A stretch of DNA of 64,000 bases from Veleropilina oligotropha (Eukaryota): the NCBI GenBank assembly GCA_048128005.1, contig JBEUKZ010000077.1:124001-188000 (forward strand), read 5' to 3'. Under the pieces are notes generated by a model, which saw only the letters and a list, made by a program, of their open reading frames with translations, ran no database searches and was not told the DNA's origin. This document shows, piece by piece, positions 49,952 to 64,000 of this stretch (the first letter of the stretch is position 1; each line of letters opens with the position of its first letter). The position numbers were made by a program, and so were the translations under genes.

Positions 49952-51930
49952 GGCCAAATAAAATTATATGTGTGTTTCCTATTACATTGTCAAAAACAAT
50001 AGGTAGGGTAGGTGGGTGAAATGTTTTTTTTTTGTGAAATCTTTTTATTACCAATTTACTAGGGTAGGTAGGCAGCCATCAACTTTTTTTTTCTTTCAAC
50101 AAACTGATCAATATTGCGTAGTGTAACAGTGCAATAAATGTGTATGTCAAGACTTGTCTATATGTATATATATACTATTACAAACATTGTATTTCATGGC
50201 AAATTTACACAACCATGGGAGCATTTTTGTATGCAACTTTATTCATAAATCTTTCACAAATAATCTGGATCCAATGCATGGTTCATAAGATGATATAGTT
50301 ATATCCCTTTATTTTAAAACAATATTGAACAGGATATTGGCAATAATTTGCGCCTGCCAGACATACGTAATACTGTTATTATCAGATTCACTATACTTTG
50401 AATGGATCAGATACACATGGAAAAAACGGCCTCGTTATATTATTAAAGGAAACTTCATTTCGGACAAGCAGACAACTAACAATTTCTTCGACGGAAACCG
50501 ACAACGATGATGATGCTACAGTAGCTTGTATTAGTTGGTATTAAAGTGGAACTCACCTTTAAATTAAGTGGCTCAATAAAATTTTCTGTAAATAACACAA
50601 CTAAGTGAACTTTTATTCACTAGAGAGTTCCAATTATTGAATAGATGTTTGCCGCCAAGTCGTGGTCGAGATGTTATGCGGTATTTTATTACATTTTGCA
50701 ATGATATCAACGGATTAAAGATAAGTAAAAACAACGTCTAATTTACAAAATTGACCATTGCAACACAGGGGTCAAGCTGTGTTAATGAACAGGGAGAATC
50801 GACTTCACTTTTGAGAGCCAACAAGGAGAAGTCAGACCTGACAGAGAGAAGTGACAATATTGTAAATAAAAAACACATTACGAAATAAAAAACATATTAC
50901 ATAATTTGAGCAATTATTGTTTTTAATGCCCTTGTGTATTAAATATATTTTTACAACTGTTTGTTTATATGGATTGTTTATATAATAATAATTATATTCA
51001 ATTTAATAAATAGACAATTTACATTAAATAAAATGTTATATATTTCCTTGATTTCCATTTATCAAAAAACCGACTAAATAAATATTTCAATATGATAAGA
51101 TTGGTCCATCATGAGAAATTCTACAATGTTCATTATCGATCGTTTGTTCCATACTGAAGATGGTGAATCTGATATTTTGTGGAAATCCCCTTTTGACATA
51201 ACCTAGTTATTGGTATAGGGCGACAACTTTTACTTTTAATATAAAGCTTGTATTCCCCGTAGATACCGTTATCTGACATGCATTCATTGTCAACATAATA
51301 CAATTGTTAACTTTGAAAAAACCCGACAGTATTTTCATTGTTAGCGCAAAATTAATTGCCGAAACTAATTTTCAATGCGTTTTATAATCACGGAAACAGC
51401 CGAAGTGCGATCGTAAACAACCGTGATTTGATTCGTGTAAACCCCTTAGAAACAATGGCTGCTTGTTTTCCATGTGTCGATCGATTCTTTGGTCGCAAAA
51501 AATATGCTGTATGACGGAAATTTCACAGCGGAGTTACCGACAACGTAGAACGTGTCGCACATTTCATCGGTATGTCATTGTTTTGTGAATAAAGATGTAT
51601 ACGTAATTAAGACTGATCCAATTTTCAAGTTGTCGGAAAAATCATATGAAAAACTTGTTCAAAAAGTGTTATCCATGAATGATGATGGCACGTTAGATTT
51701 TAATATTCTATGAAAGCGAGTTGTAAAAGTTCTTTATAATTAAGTATTATTTAGTATAACATGCAAAAAAAGAAAAACGTGTATGGAAAATAAAAATCAA
51801 TAGGTAAACGTCGGGGGTCGGCGTCATTTCTTTTTATTTTATTTTAAAATCGTCATAAAAAGTTTAGGGTCGGCACCAATATGTAGGTAGGGTCGGGTAA
51901 CCGGAAACACACATATATTTTTATTTGGCC
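49952..51930. mobile_element. PIF/Harbinger-like non-autonomous element upstream of the second H4 copy
   Basis: TIR ggccaaataaaa.tatatgtgtgtttcc; TTA TSD shown by the empty site catgcttaacag in unit 1 (~48861). Confidence 0.9.
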
Positions 51931-52141
51931 TTAACAGTTTTTACATACTCAACGAAGCCTACCACTCGAATGGGGGCTATTGTTTCTCTTGGCGAAATTA
52001 GGAGAACAATGATTGGCCGATCGTTTCGTCGAAATCGTATTCTGACCAATCAGGTTAGCGGCGAGGGGTTTTCCTTAGCGTCCGCCACAACGGTATATAA
52101 CAAAATGGAATTTTGTTTTGGGTCAACAACAACTTGCTATC

Positions 52142-52452
<311 letters not shown>

Positions 52453-52481
52453 ACGCACCGCTTTTCTAACGAAGTTCCAAC

Positions 52482-52519
52482 GGCCCTTTTCAGGGCCACC
52501 AAATTCTTCCGAGAGAATA
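52482..52519 (+). terminator. Histone stem-loop and downstream element, copy 2
   Basis: Identical to 49418-49455. Confidence 0.93.
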
Positions 52520-54770
52520 CCCTAGTTGTGCCAATTCGTATATCTTGTAGCATAAATTACATGTGCATCAATTAGGCTTTGCACACGCAAACGCGCATTA
52601 CGCTTTGAACAGTAAATTGCATACAGACTCCTCAAATGATACGGAAATGCACTCGATTACACTAATTGTGCAGGGAACAATTGTTAGCTCAGCTAATGTT
52701 TTTTGTTTTAAATTCATTGAATTTAGTCATTTAAACAATACACTCTATTTTTGGTTTCCAAGTGATCAAATAAATAGCGATTAAGCTACCCGAAACACAC
52801 CGAGTTATTTCCCTTGCACCGTTGGGCAAACTGAACAAGGAACAAATTATGAAATCTAACGACGATCTTGATACTCCGGCGCACAACGCCTTGCACGCTA
52901 CAACACCATATTATTGTATTCATGGTATCATTGATTTTTCACCTACAGGTATATTATCATGTACTGTAATATTAAATAATAAATAACAATAATAATTCAG
53001 GAAACGAATATTTGTAAAAAAAAAATTAATCACTCTGCTCGCATAGTCATAGTCTAGTCCTAGTCTATAGACTATGCTCTCGCTGGTCCGCCTACTTCTT
53101 TCCCGACTGGAATATCGTCTCTTTGAAATTTTCCAAACATTAATATGTATTTAATATATCAAATTTAGTTAAAAGTTAATTAAAATAAACTTTTAGAAGC
53201 GTTTGTGCAGTTAATTAATTACCTACGCGGTGAATAAATTGGCATAAATTGGCTGAATATGGCTACGCGGAACTATTTGCTGTTTAACATCACTGTATTT
53301 CATATTTAAAACGTTGTTATTAGCCTACCCTTTTCTTGAAAACACTTAACCATGTCATTTGCACTTCATTAAATTACAAACTGAAGCGAAATAATATGTA
53401 TATTAACTATGTGGCGGATCGCCACATAGCGACCAGCGATAGCAGAGATATAAGCCTGGGCGTCGTTTCGTATTCTCTTTGCCTGGAGAGTGAAAATTAA
53501 TATCAAGTTGAAAATCACTGTTGGAACTACTTCTAGCACGTTAAACGCTCGCATCGTAGTAGTAGGTTGGATTTTAACGAGGTCTTCCACGTTGTACGCG
53601 ATTTCGACCTCATACTTAATGCATCGTTGATACTTTTCTTATTTATTTACACCGGCCAACGGCGCCGCTGGCTTAGCGGCAATTAAGGTTTTTTCTTTAA
53701 AAAACCACCTTTTTATACCATCTTCTTCGGCCAAACGGCTCAAGTGAGGTACGCGATGTAAGTTTAACGGCCACACCAACAAGACTCCAGTCATAATCTG
53801 TTCGGTTTCAGCAATCTTAAGATGCATTTTTAAATTGAAACATAATCTGGGCCACATTTGGTTGTAACTGGCCCGATCCCGTAAAAAGTTAGTTTCAAAC
53901 ACTGCTTTATATATGACATCTCACAAATGTCCTGGAATAACCTTGCATTTCAATAAATAGGCCTAATGTCCTGGAAAGTCCTGGAATTTTGTCAAAGCCT
54001 AAGTGTAGGAACCCTGCCGGCATTCAGAATATGGTAATTTTGATCACCATTACAACTTTATATGTTGCTGTAATCGAATAGTTTGTTATATCAAATAAGG
54101 AGTTACAAAGAAATTACATTTCAATATTGAATTGGCTGCAACCTTTTTAATTTTTAACTATATGAAACGTATAATTTATTTCATTCATATCAAAGTTTTA
54201 TAATGTCATATGCATAAAAACGTCATTTAAATCAGTTTTTTCATAGTAATGGGATCTTGTTCTTTGAGAACATACACATTCATTAGTTCGTTTCTACTCG
54301 ATCGTCCGAATTAACTGTTATGTACACCGAAATTTTACTTTATTACGGCACGTACTAAAAGTAGGCCACCGCAACTTACTTTTCTCACTTGATCGCTTTT
54401 TGCCAAAAATACCTTTCTGCTCCATATCTCCCTTATTCTTTGACCGACATCACGATACTTGATGTGTGTATGCAATATAATTCAAGGTGCGTTACATGCA
54501 TAAAGTAGGTCACCGTAAAATTAACAAAATTCATTTCACTTGGTACAAGTGCCAGCTGTAGGCAGTATGATGCTGATTTATTGACTCTACACGCATGTAC
54601 TCAGTTCCAGTGACCAGCTTCTATATATATATATCTCAACAGAATAAACCAGGGCAGATGCATAGCTAACACCATTAAACTAGCATAATGCAAAACATTA
54701 TTGTAGTATAAGGGAGCCTACTATGTTGTCACTGTTAAGATACCCCCTTGACTGTAACGCCGCCGAGTCT

Positions 54771-55085
54771 ACAGGGTGTTCCATAAGTCCATGCTTTTCC
54801 ATAAGTCCATGTGTGTACTGGTTATATTACTGTTTCGTCTGATCCGGTGAATCGATGTGTATGCTCTATCATTATCACAACACAATATTATGCATCGCCA
54901 AGACCTATGCGTCATTCTTTTCTCAACATTGCTCCAGTAATAGTGGCAAATGCTTGACGAATAGCATCCTTCAATTCATCTGTCGTGCAGTACTTCTGTT
55001 TGGCTACGATTTCTTTAATATAACTTCATAAGTATTAACGCATTGTCATATGCTGTGAGATCGGGACTTCACGCGGGCCACTTTA
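54771..55085 (-). pseudogene. Tc1/mariner transposase 3' fragment with one TIR
   Basis: Minus strand WPA*SPDLTAYD...DELKDAIRQAF; ta|cagggtgtt end. Confidence 0.7.
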
Positions 55086-57484
55086 ATGGTGCAGGCAAGT
55101 TGCTTATTTTTGTTTCCTCTCTCATCTTGGAGCCCTTTTAGCTGCTTGCAGCTTTAATTTGATCATATATCGATCATATCTTTGAAAAATTTGTATCAAT
55201 CTGGGCGAACCGTGCGATAGAGGGTGATCAGTCACGAAAAGAGCGCATTTACGGGCAATAGTCTCTTTAGCGACCAAATTAATTCCACGAAAACGTATTG
55301 GCGTCCATGTATTGATTGTAAATTGTCTATATTATCCTTAATATCACTCAAAAACATATAAAACAATATATCCGAGGATTCAGAGATGAATAAGCTTTCA
55401 GATGATAATGGTTATTTATTATTATATAATTTGGTCATATTTATTGTAGGTATAAAATATTGATAGAATAAGAAAATGAAATATAATTTATGAAAAAATG
55501 AGTTTCATGACTAATATTTCATAATATTAACAAATTTTCATATTTTATCTTATATATTCTGTGAAAGTATCCATATATGAACAGTTTGGTGTAAAAATAT
55601 TAGTCTACATGCTAATGAAGAGTCCCAGTGGTACTTGACCATATATAGCTGGGTTTTTTTCAAAAAAAGATGAAAAAAACAGCTGGGGTCATGATGAAAC
55701 GAATAACGCGAGAAGGACCGGTATTTTCAATGAATGGTGTATCTTCTTTGGGTATAATATCCAGTGTTTGTAACTCGTCGGGTTTTCCGACAAAAATCAG
55801 ATTCAGACAATTTTATCGGATATCGTCGGATTTGCGTGATTTTGCGTCTTCTGCGTCTGGGTTTGATACATTTCCCACTAACTTTAAAATTATTACAATT
55901 AAAATACAAATACTAGTATGTAAATACTCCGTAAATTCCATATATGCCAAATATTACGATAATTGTGTTCCTGATATTTAATCAAACTTGATTTTCTGAC
56001 ATCGTACAAGAGCCGATTTGTACAAGGCTTCTGTCGTACAATTTCCCGATGCTTTTTGTTTACATTGTCCGTCTTTTCCCGATGAATCTTTGTCAGCTCG
56101 TTTACTTCCGTAACCAATTCATTACCATTGAAACAATGCTCGGGTAAGATTGATTTTGTGGTTAACTCCCCTGACAGCACGCTATTTTAAGCTGGAGTGA
56201 AAGTTCGGAGATTCAATGTAACATCAACTTATTCCGTCATCGAAAGCTTTATTTAAAATTATAAAGCATCGTCTCTCGCACGAAATAAAATAATGTACAA
56301 TCATAAGTCAAAATGAAAAAAAATAATTTATTTAACACACTCTCGCGTGATAGGGCCATGTGCGAATTTGAAAGCTGAAGTAAAAATGGGTTTACACTCC
56401 AGCGCCGGCTTATTGAAGACGGTCGACCCAAATGGTGGTTTGTATGGTGATTGGATTGTGAAAAAGACTCATATAACGTAACTTGTGTCTTTTTTTGTAA
56501 GTAAAATATATGCATTAAAGAGGGTGAAAAGGCACTCTACAATTAAATTTTGATGTGTGATGTCGCAATAATTGTACAAACATATCAATACGGTGAATGC
56601 AGAGTTGAGCATTGGTTGCAGAAGTTGTGAGCATTACATGTATTACTGCGTTTTGGTAAGAAAAATGAGGAGAAATGAACCATTTAATTGAAAAACTTTA
56701 ATGTGCATGTACTAGCCTTGTAATATATATAAAATTTTATACTAAGTATTTGAGTGAAATATGCCTGAGGTGCCAGGAAACACCATTTTATAAGGTATAT
56801 TTGTCAAAATTTCCTTCACCGCGGGGAACCATGGGCCCCGCTGTGAAAAGTAGGATATTTATGTTGTCAATGTTACAAACACTGAATATCGTTATGATGA
56901 AATCTCTTTCATTTCGGACCGAGTCAGCCACTCCCTAGCTGGCATCTGCATTGTGAATTGAATGGAACACGACAATCCGAGGCGGCTGTACAGATTCCAG
57001 ATTATCCGAATAGTGCTGAAAAAAAATAATAATAATAAATACAATGCATAAGATATAATTAATAATATACAGATATTTACACACAAAAAACATTCATGAC
57101 TTCATATAATATTGTTATCAAATCAATAAAAAACATGTTCCATATTCATATGAACGTGTGCAAGAAAAGGCATCGAGTGTTTGTTATAATATAATTATTA
57201 TCTCCTTTTCCAACTACTATTGTTATTGTGCTTTGCATTCATTTATTTCCATATAAAATAATATTATGTAATAAATTACGTAGTAATACTAACTGTGGTA
57301 GAATCATCGTTATATAATAGCAAGTCTGAAGAATAAATCTCCTTTCGGCCATGGGGCCATGCCCCCTTCTTCATAAGAGTCATATCAGTACAAAATATGA
57401 CCTAAATGTACTGGTTCCAACGTTTCCATATCGAAGCAGGCTATCGATAAAGTCTCTTTGGCGTCAATGTGTCCCTTTTCACAA

Positions 57485-57742
57485 GGCCGCTTCGGCAGCA
57501 CAGTGGGTAAGAGTGTCCACTCTAAATTCACTGGCTTGATTCCGCTAATGCGAACGGGTGGTTTCAATACCTGGCTGAGGAGTTGACATTTGTTAAAATT
57601 ATGAATCACAGTTGTCCGCGACTGGCTGGAGAGGGTGGGTTTACTCGGGCGACCGGGGTTTCCTCCCGCGATAACACGGACATGTACTGCCTTGAACCTC
57701 GATGTTGTAAATATACAGGACATTAAGCATCATTCCTCCTCA
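57485..57742 (+). mobile_element. SINE family 1, copy 4
   Basis: Homologous; short TSD tcacaa. Confidence 0.85.
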
Positions 57743-58913
57743 TCACAATAGTTTAATGATTGATCCAAGCCACCAAGCTAATTTAGTAATTAGCGCCTTC
57801 ATGTGTGGACGAAGATTTTGGCTTGACTCGAGTAGACATACATACGTTGTCGCCAATCCAAGTAGTTTATTAGCCTATATAAATACTTCAGTCATATATA
57901 TATATAATTATAATATAAGTGTGTGTATGCTTGTCGTCGAAGAAATCTCCCTCTTTGGCATTTTCAAATGTTGACAGGTCTGCATCCTACTGTTGTATTA
58001 ACTCTTTCGTGACATAGCCGGTCGTATGTGTTCAATTTTTAAACGTTTATTTTCAAGATAATATATACATGGAATGAGCGTAATTATATGACAGAACAAG
58101 AGATCACAGCTTTAATTTAAGATGCCGTTATGCTCCACAAATTTGGAAGACCACATCTGTCTGTCTGTGTGAAAGTTATTATATTACAAATAAATGTCGA
58201 GCACATAATTTTACACAGCACGCAGGCCTGGTATACAGACACATGGAATCGGGGAATACGCAATACGTGCAGATGGGTCCGTATAGCTGTCCAATGTGCG
58301 CGTATTGCGTATTCATCACAACTACAGTGCGTGAATGCCAATGCGGCACATGGAATCGGGAAAATGGTCATGGGGTGTTAGCTTTAAGCTATACGAGTCC
58401 GTACTTCTATAACCTACGAACTCGCATGTTCGTGTACACGTATACTGCATACGTTCCGTTGCGTACTCCCTTTACATATTACACACTCTCAGTATCCATG
58501 TCCGTATTAATATGGCCGAGCAATTACATTATTTTAGCATGCTAATATATAATATAATTGTTCTAAGAATTTTTTCATGCTTCCCATTAATATTTCCCGG
58601 TAATTTGAAATGTGCTTATTATACCCGGTTCTTTAAATATTTGGCGAAAAATGATATACCGTCCTCTTGTATACCATTTCCTTCCTCAGTACGGAATTTC
58701 TCAATGATAATAATAAATTATGAAATGGATTGGGGGTAAATCGTGTCACACGATTTACCCCAATCCACTTTAAAATTATTAAAATAGTTATCAAAAGTAT
58801 ATTTACTTGTTACAATATATTGACACATTGATTTATATTTTATTTTGACGCAATGCACTAAGTTACGCCAGAAAAAGTATATTAGAGCATGGCAAATAAT
58901 CCCTACAATATCA

Positions 58914-59237
58914 GGCTGTCGTGGCTCAGTGGGTTGTTCACAGGACTCTGGTCACAGAGTCCCGGGTTCGCCCCCAAAGCTCGGCGATTTCACTTGGGCT
59001 AGGAAATAAGCATATATTTGCCCCGGTTCACCCAGCCGATCTGAATGGGTACCTGGTTGGCAGTTATGTAAGTCACGGCGCTATCCGCGTGTAAATGACT
59101 GTAATGCTCCCAGAGGGAGTTGAGATGGCATATCGAGTGGAACAGGCCCCTAACCAGGGGTAATAATGTTCAGCGCATTGAGACATTAGCGTAATAATGC
59201 GCTATATAAGACCGGAGTATTATTATTATTATTATTA
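58914..59237 (+). mobile_element. SINE family 2, copy 2
   Basis: Near-identical head and body to 27807-28130; different L2-like tail with (TAT)n. Confidence 0.88.
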
Positions 59238-59278
59238 CACGCGATATTGTTTAAATGACATGCATGTTTCTCTTTCAG

Positions 59279-59380
59279 AGAGTGCACGCGCGGAGGGTTC
59301 TGCAACTTCATGCACCTGAAGCCAATCTCACGTGAGCTGCGGCGAGACCTGTATGGACGGTCCAAGAAAAACCGCAAACG
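59279..59380 (+). CDS. U2AF1: U2AF35 coding exon 7
   Basis: tttcag|A GAG TGC... encodes ECTRGGFCNFMHLKPISRELRRDLYGRSKKNRK, ends CG|gtagaa. Confidence 0.95.
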
Positions 59381-59416
59381 GTAGAACTACTGCATTTTTA
59401 TGCTCCACGACTAAAT

Positions 59417-60271
59417 GGCAATCCCCAGAACGGCGGTCCCAAATTATTAAACCACCTAAGTTGACTACAACACGTCATTCTGATTCCTCTGTCCTCAATT
59501 ACAAGAAAACGAAAATGTCCCACATTCTGAAATTCCCAGTTCTTAAATTACAAGAAAACTAAAATGGATAACAACGGGCAACCGAAGTACGTTGAAGTGG
59601 ACGAAGCGTATTTGTTTCGCCGAAAATATCGAGGCCAATTGCGCCATGGCAAATGGATCGTCGGAATACTTGAACGGGACAGCGAACGCTGTTGGTTGGA
59701 AGTTGTAGCATGCAGAAACGCAGCTGCACTTTAACAAATTATAATTGCTCTCATTCTTCCCGGAACTATAATTGTCACAGATCCTTGGGCTGCATATAAT
59801 AACGTCGACCAAATTAACAATGGAGTATATCAGCACGAGGTTGTGGTACATGCGCAACATTTTTTTTATCCTGTTCATCCCGAAATCAATACACAAGCGA
59901 TTGAAGGTTTATGGATGCAAGCGAAGCGTAAACTGCGTTACCAGAGTGGCACAAGCCGCGTACTGTTTCCAAGTTACTTATCCGCTTTTCAATGGCGTTT
60001 CAGTCACAAGTTGCATGCCTTCGGACAGTATTTAAAACTGCTTTGCGACAACTATCATATTTAGCAGTTTCACGCCGAAACAACTAAAAGACTGGTAGTA
60101 CTTAGCTTACTGTACTTACTTACTGATTTTGTACACCTGTTGGAGTTTCGAACAACTCTCTGAATTTTCATTTTCGTTTTCCTGTAATTTAGGACTGAGG
60201 GGAAGCAGTGCGACGTGTTGTAGTCAAATTAGGCGGTTTAATAATTTTGGACCACCGTTCTGAGGATTGCC
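59417..60271 (+). mobile_element. Merlin (IS1016/IS1595-related) transposon relic
   Basis: Long imperfect TIRs ggcaatcc..agaacgg; decayed DDE VEVDEA, IVTDPWAAY, NTQAIEGLW, YL...QWR. Confidence 0.85.
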
Positions 60272-60663
60272 TAAAGTCCTTCCTAAATTCAGACCTTCGC
60301 CGCAACATAACTCAGCACATGATGCATACAGCATCTTTATTTTTGGTGCACAGGTGCTCTTGGACAATTTGAATATGGGTGTTCTTGATCTATTATTCAC
60401 GTTCACACACCTCTGAAATGGGGCATTCAGTGTCAAATAGTCTAGGGAGCAATAGAGCGTGGAATTAAATCCACTTGCACTGTCAGATTTATCATTAGAA
60501 AATGTGGGCCCATTTTTAAGGAATTCAGATTTATCTGGATAATAGTCAATATTAGTCAACACTATTCATTTCTTTATCATTGTTGTTTCTGCAAGTTCAA
60601 TAATGTTAATTACTATACGCGGTGAAATACCTTGTTTTGTGGTTAATTATGCTTACCTTGCAG

Positions 60664-60823
60664 ATCCAGGTCACCACCAACGCGACGCAGCCAGAGCCGT
60701 GAGAGGAATGGACCTAGAGAACGCAAGAGGTCACGCAGCCCCAGGAGAAGGTCAAGGTCAAGAGACCGCGATCGTCGTCGCTCTCGGTCCCGAGAACGAG
60801 AAGGTCGTTCTGGCAGATTTTAA
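60664..60823 (+). CDS. U2AF1: U2AF35 last coding exon (RS domain)
   Basis: ttgcag|A TCC AGG... encodes SRSPPTRRSQSRE...RSRSREREGRSGRF*; SGRF end as in U2AF35. Confidence 0.95.
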
Positions 60824-61495
60824 AATGACAATATTATGTGTCACAACTTTCATCGGAGATTCATTTAATTAAAACTGTATGAAGTAATTGATCAAATATG
60901 GTCTCATTTTTAAATCCTGTGCAGCAACTACAACTAATGTTTGTGTTCATCCAGTATTTTCATTAAAACACTCATGTTTATTTGATATATATTCGACAAA
61001 TATGTTCTTTTTGCCAAGTCTTGGTTCTATTTGATATTAAAGGGCTATTCCAGTAAAATATCTCACCCACCCACTGACTCCAGGTGTTCACAAAATATAG
61101 AAAAAATTTCTATTATTTATCACTGTTTAAATAAATAACTACTGTTGGTGGTCCCCTTTTGAAAAACTTGATTGGAATAGCCCCATGTCAATGTTTTCTT
61201 CCATGTGATACAATTTATAATTTCGGACTGAAGTAAAACATACCGCAGTTCCAATTTGAACTCTTGAGCGCTGTTATAAATAGAGATTTCGTATTATGTA
61301 CTGCCTATGACGTATGCAAAAATGTACAAATGCAAGAATCTGAAGGTTGATGATGACCGCTCAGTGGTGTATTAAATAAGAGCGTGGCTCTAAATTCACA
61401 TGCCTGACTGCTCTGATCACAAAAGTGGGCTTGACCATCGACTGGTCACTTTGTGCATTAACTGTCAAAGTTATCCATAACCGATTTTCCTGATA

Positions 61496-61630
61496 ACATG
61501 AACATGTTCAGGTACATGACCCTGAAGGATGCTAACAAACCAAGGAAGATGGATGCTGCACATGAACATTTTCAGGTACATGACCCTGAAGCATGCTAAC
61601 AAACCAAGGAAGATGGATGCTGCACATGAA
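61496..61630. repeat. ~64 bp tandem duplication in the probable 3' UTR
   Basis: acatgaacat.ttcaggtacatgaccctgaag...ggatgctgc occurs twice. Confidence 0.85.
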
Positions 61631-61774
61631 GGCAAATCTGATATGTCAAAGTTTCAATGTCTTCTACTGACTTTAATTTTATATTTTAAGTATTTTTAAT
61701 TTTTCGTTTGTCAGATAACTGCAGCAACAAGTAAAATGAACGATATATGTATTTACAATCATCTTCTATTATTG

Positions 61775-61780
61775 AATAAA
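61775..61780 (+). terminator. Candidate U2AF1 polyadenylation signal
   Basis: AATAAA followed by GT-rich gtttctgtgtgt at ~61810; another AATAAA at 61130. Confidence 0.45.
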
Positions 61781-62605
61781 AGACTTTAAATCCAAAAGTA
61801 TTCGTGAGGTTTCTGTGTGTAGCACTCAACAAAAGGTCGAACCATCAAGGCCTTGAAAGTTGGTATGCGCTCCATTCTCTAAATGCTATGGTACCAGATG
61901 CTGGAGTACAGGACTTTGGATGCAGAAGAGTGTGGTTCTACTCCAAATGCTGCGATTACAGCAACAGAAGTTGTCATTATGTGTGTCATTGCCTATCTGA
62001 TCACGGCTTCCCGAGCTGATGGTGGGATCGCTAGGTTGAGTGGAATATTTGAATATGCAACGTGAACAAATATTGAAATAGCTTTTTCAAGATGCTTTGT
62101 GTGAGAGAAAAATAATCAAGTTTTGAGTTCCATATAGTGAAATATCAGTCTGGGGTGGGATGGTTCAACATCCCATCCTCGCCTGATATTTCTCTATCTG
62201 GAACTCAATGCGATGCTTGATTCTATTGATATTCTCAACTGCTTTCTGGTTACATAATGTGAGGAAGAATTCGTTTCCAGTTCAATGATCAAAAAGAGAA
62301 ATCCGAAGCTGACAAATACAAGACCGACTGATGGACACTACATGACACCACATCAGCGGCGCTCAAGTAATGAAAGCAGTCTTTGGCGCATTGAGACCGA
62401 CTGCACTATGATGAGAATGACATACAGTCATCTGAGAAGCAACTTTTGTCATGTGATTGGAAACATGTAGGCCTACATAAAAACTCTAGTCGATAACAAT
62501 GCCTTGATATGATATAAGTGATAACACTAAAATCATCACAAGGTATAACGGATTCAATTATGTAAAAAATAAATTATATACATATCATATAACTTCAATG
62601 TTTAA

Positions 62606-63040
62606 AGAGACTATTGCCAATAAATGCGCTCTTTTCGTGACTGTGTAGCATGACTGATCACCCTCTATCGCACGGTTCGCGCAGATTGATGTAAATTTCG
62701 CGAAGATATGACCGATATATGATCAAATGATAGACATTAATTGAAATTATTACTGTAACTGGGCAATATATGTTATTGTCAAGTAGAAAGCTATCTTACT
62801 TGACGAGCAGAAACCTACGCAACTGTGCTCCAACTAGGTCAAATGAACTCTGTGCGAGGTAATTAAACGCGGACCTCGTTTTGTTATTTTTAAATATTCA
62901 GTAGCGATTAATTTAAACGGTAGAAAATTACTGACGAAAGTTGAGTGTTGAAAATTCCTAACTTTTCATGTTCTAAACAAAAAGTGTAATGCGATTAGTT
63001 TTCTTTTTAAAAAAGAAAGAGCGCATTACGGGCAATAGTC
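62606..63040 (+). mobile_element. Uninterrupted paralog of the MITE at 47166-55266
   Basis: ttaa|agagactattgcc...ggcaatagtc; reverse complement matches both halves. Confidence 0.85.
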
Positions 63041-63521
63041 CAAGATATTTCCGATTGACTTTGACCGCCCGCCGATGCAACTTAATAGGAAACTACACAA
63101 TCATGTATCCACCCTGGTGAAAGTGTGATACCTAAGATGTTTCAAGAAGGTAATCTTTACAGGTTTATAAGCGTGTTCTTGTCAAATTTTGAAACAGTGC
63201 TCTAGTTTCCATAATTTACATCGTGGCAGCGATCTGAGGATTTCGACTCTACACTATGCTTGGCGCTTAGTTTCTTTCTATTGATTTTATGGATAATCCG
63301 TGATAACTTTTGGTCCATTTCTTCCAAAGCTTCGTTATTAACATGCTTCCACCAAGACACTATAGTCCGATCAATCTGAATATATGCTGTCGCATGCGTG
63401 TGAACGATTAGGTCAAATAATGTATTGTGCTAGACGTGCACATACGCTAATATTTATAACTGGTCAGGCTGATAAAACGCAGAGCTTTTCCGATTACCAA
63501 ACTCCATGAAATAAAGTAGAG

Positions 63522-64000
63522 TGCATGCTAGAGAAGAGTACAGTGAATGCATATTGCATGCTAGAGAAGAGTACAGTGAATGCATATTGCATGCTAGAGA
63601 AGAGTACAGTGAATGCATATTGCATGCTAGAGAAGAGTACAGTGAATGCATATTGCATGCTAGAGAAGAGTACAGTGAATGCATATTGCATGCTAGAGAA
63701 GAGTACAGTGAATGCATATTGCATGCTAGAGAAGAGTACAGTGAATGCATATTGCATGCTAGAGAAGAGTACAGTGGATGCATATTGCATGCTAGAGAAG
63801 AGTACAGTGAATGCATATTGCATGCTAGAGAAGAGTACAGTGAATGCATAGTGCATGCTAGAGAAGAGTACAGTGAATGCATATTGCATGCTATAGAAGA
63901 GTACAGTGAATGCATATTGCATGCTAGAGAAGAGTACAGTGAATGCATATTGCATGCTAGAGAAGAGTACAGTGGATGCATAGTGCATGCTAGAGAAGAG
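63522..64000. repeat. 33 bp minisatellite (gcatgctagagaagagtacagtgaatgcatatt)
   Basis: Directly visible; runs off the window end. Confidence 0.97.

Noticed and set aside
60603..60872. 89 aa ORF as the last exon product
   Set aside because: Wrong frame; the spliced frame gives the RS domain ending SGRF.
63454..63988. Repeat-protein ORFs
   Set aside because: Artefact of a stop-poor 33 bp minisatellite open in several frames.

Overview
AT-rich animal genomic DNA, most likely a marine invertebrate; the repeat types suggest a lophotrochozoan, but the species cannot be fixed from sequence alone. The backbone is one + strand gene, U2AF1 (U2AF35). Seven coding exons lie at 1398-1485, 3470-3536, 33363-33436, 35632-35703, 46725-46858, 59279-59380 and 60664-60823; exon 1 is upstream of the window and one intron uses a GC donor. 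The introns are packed with nested transposons. The ~30 kb intron holds a complete but decayed DIRS1-type retrotransposon (11705-26498) with ITRs and an ICR. It is interrupted by an L2 LINE, a pogo-type element and a second, RT-less DIRS element inserted in its recombinase gene. The two DIRS families share long non-coding 5' and 3' regions with compensatory hairpin changes. The most striking item is a ~7.7 kb non-autonomous Helentron/HINE-like element (47487-55158) whose ends are defined by an empty-site paralog in the same window. It carries a histone-cluster fragment with one intact H4 gene (promoter, stem-loop, downstream element) and a tandem frameshifted copy, both sense to the U2AF1 pre-mRNA. 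Also present are two SINE families, several HINEs with ~160 bp internal arrays, MITEs, CAGG-ended elements with 5-6 bp TSDs, a Merlin relic and mini/microsatellites. All alignments were done by eye and no database searches were run.
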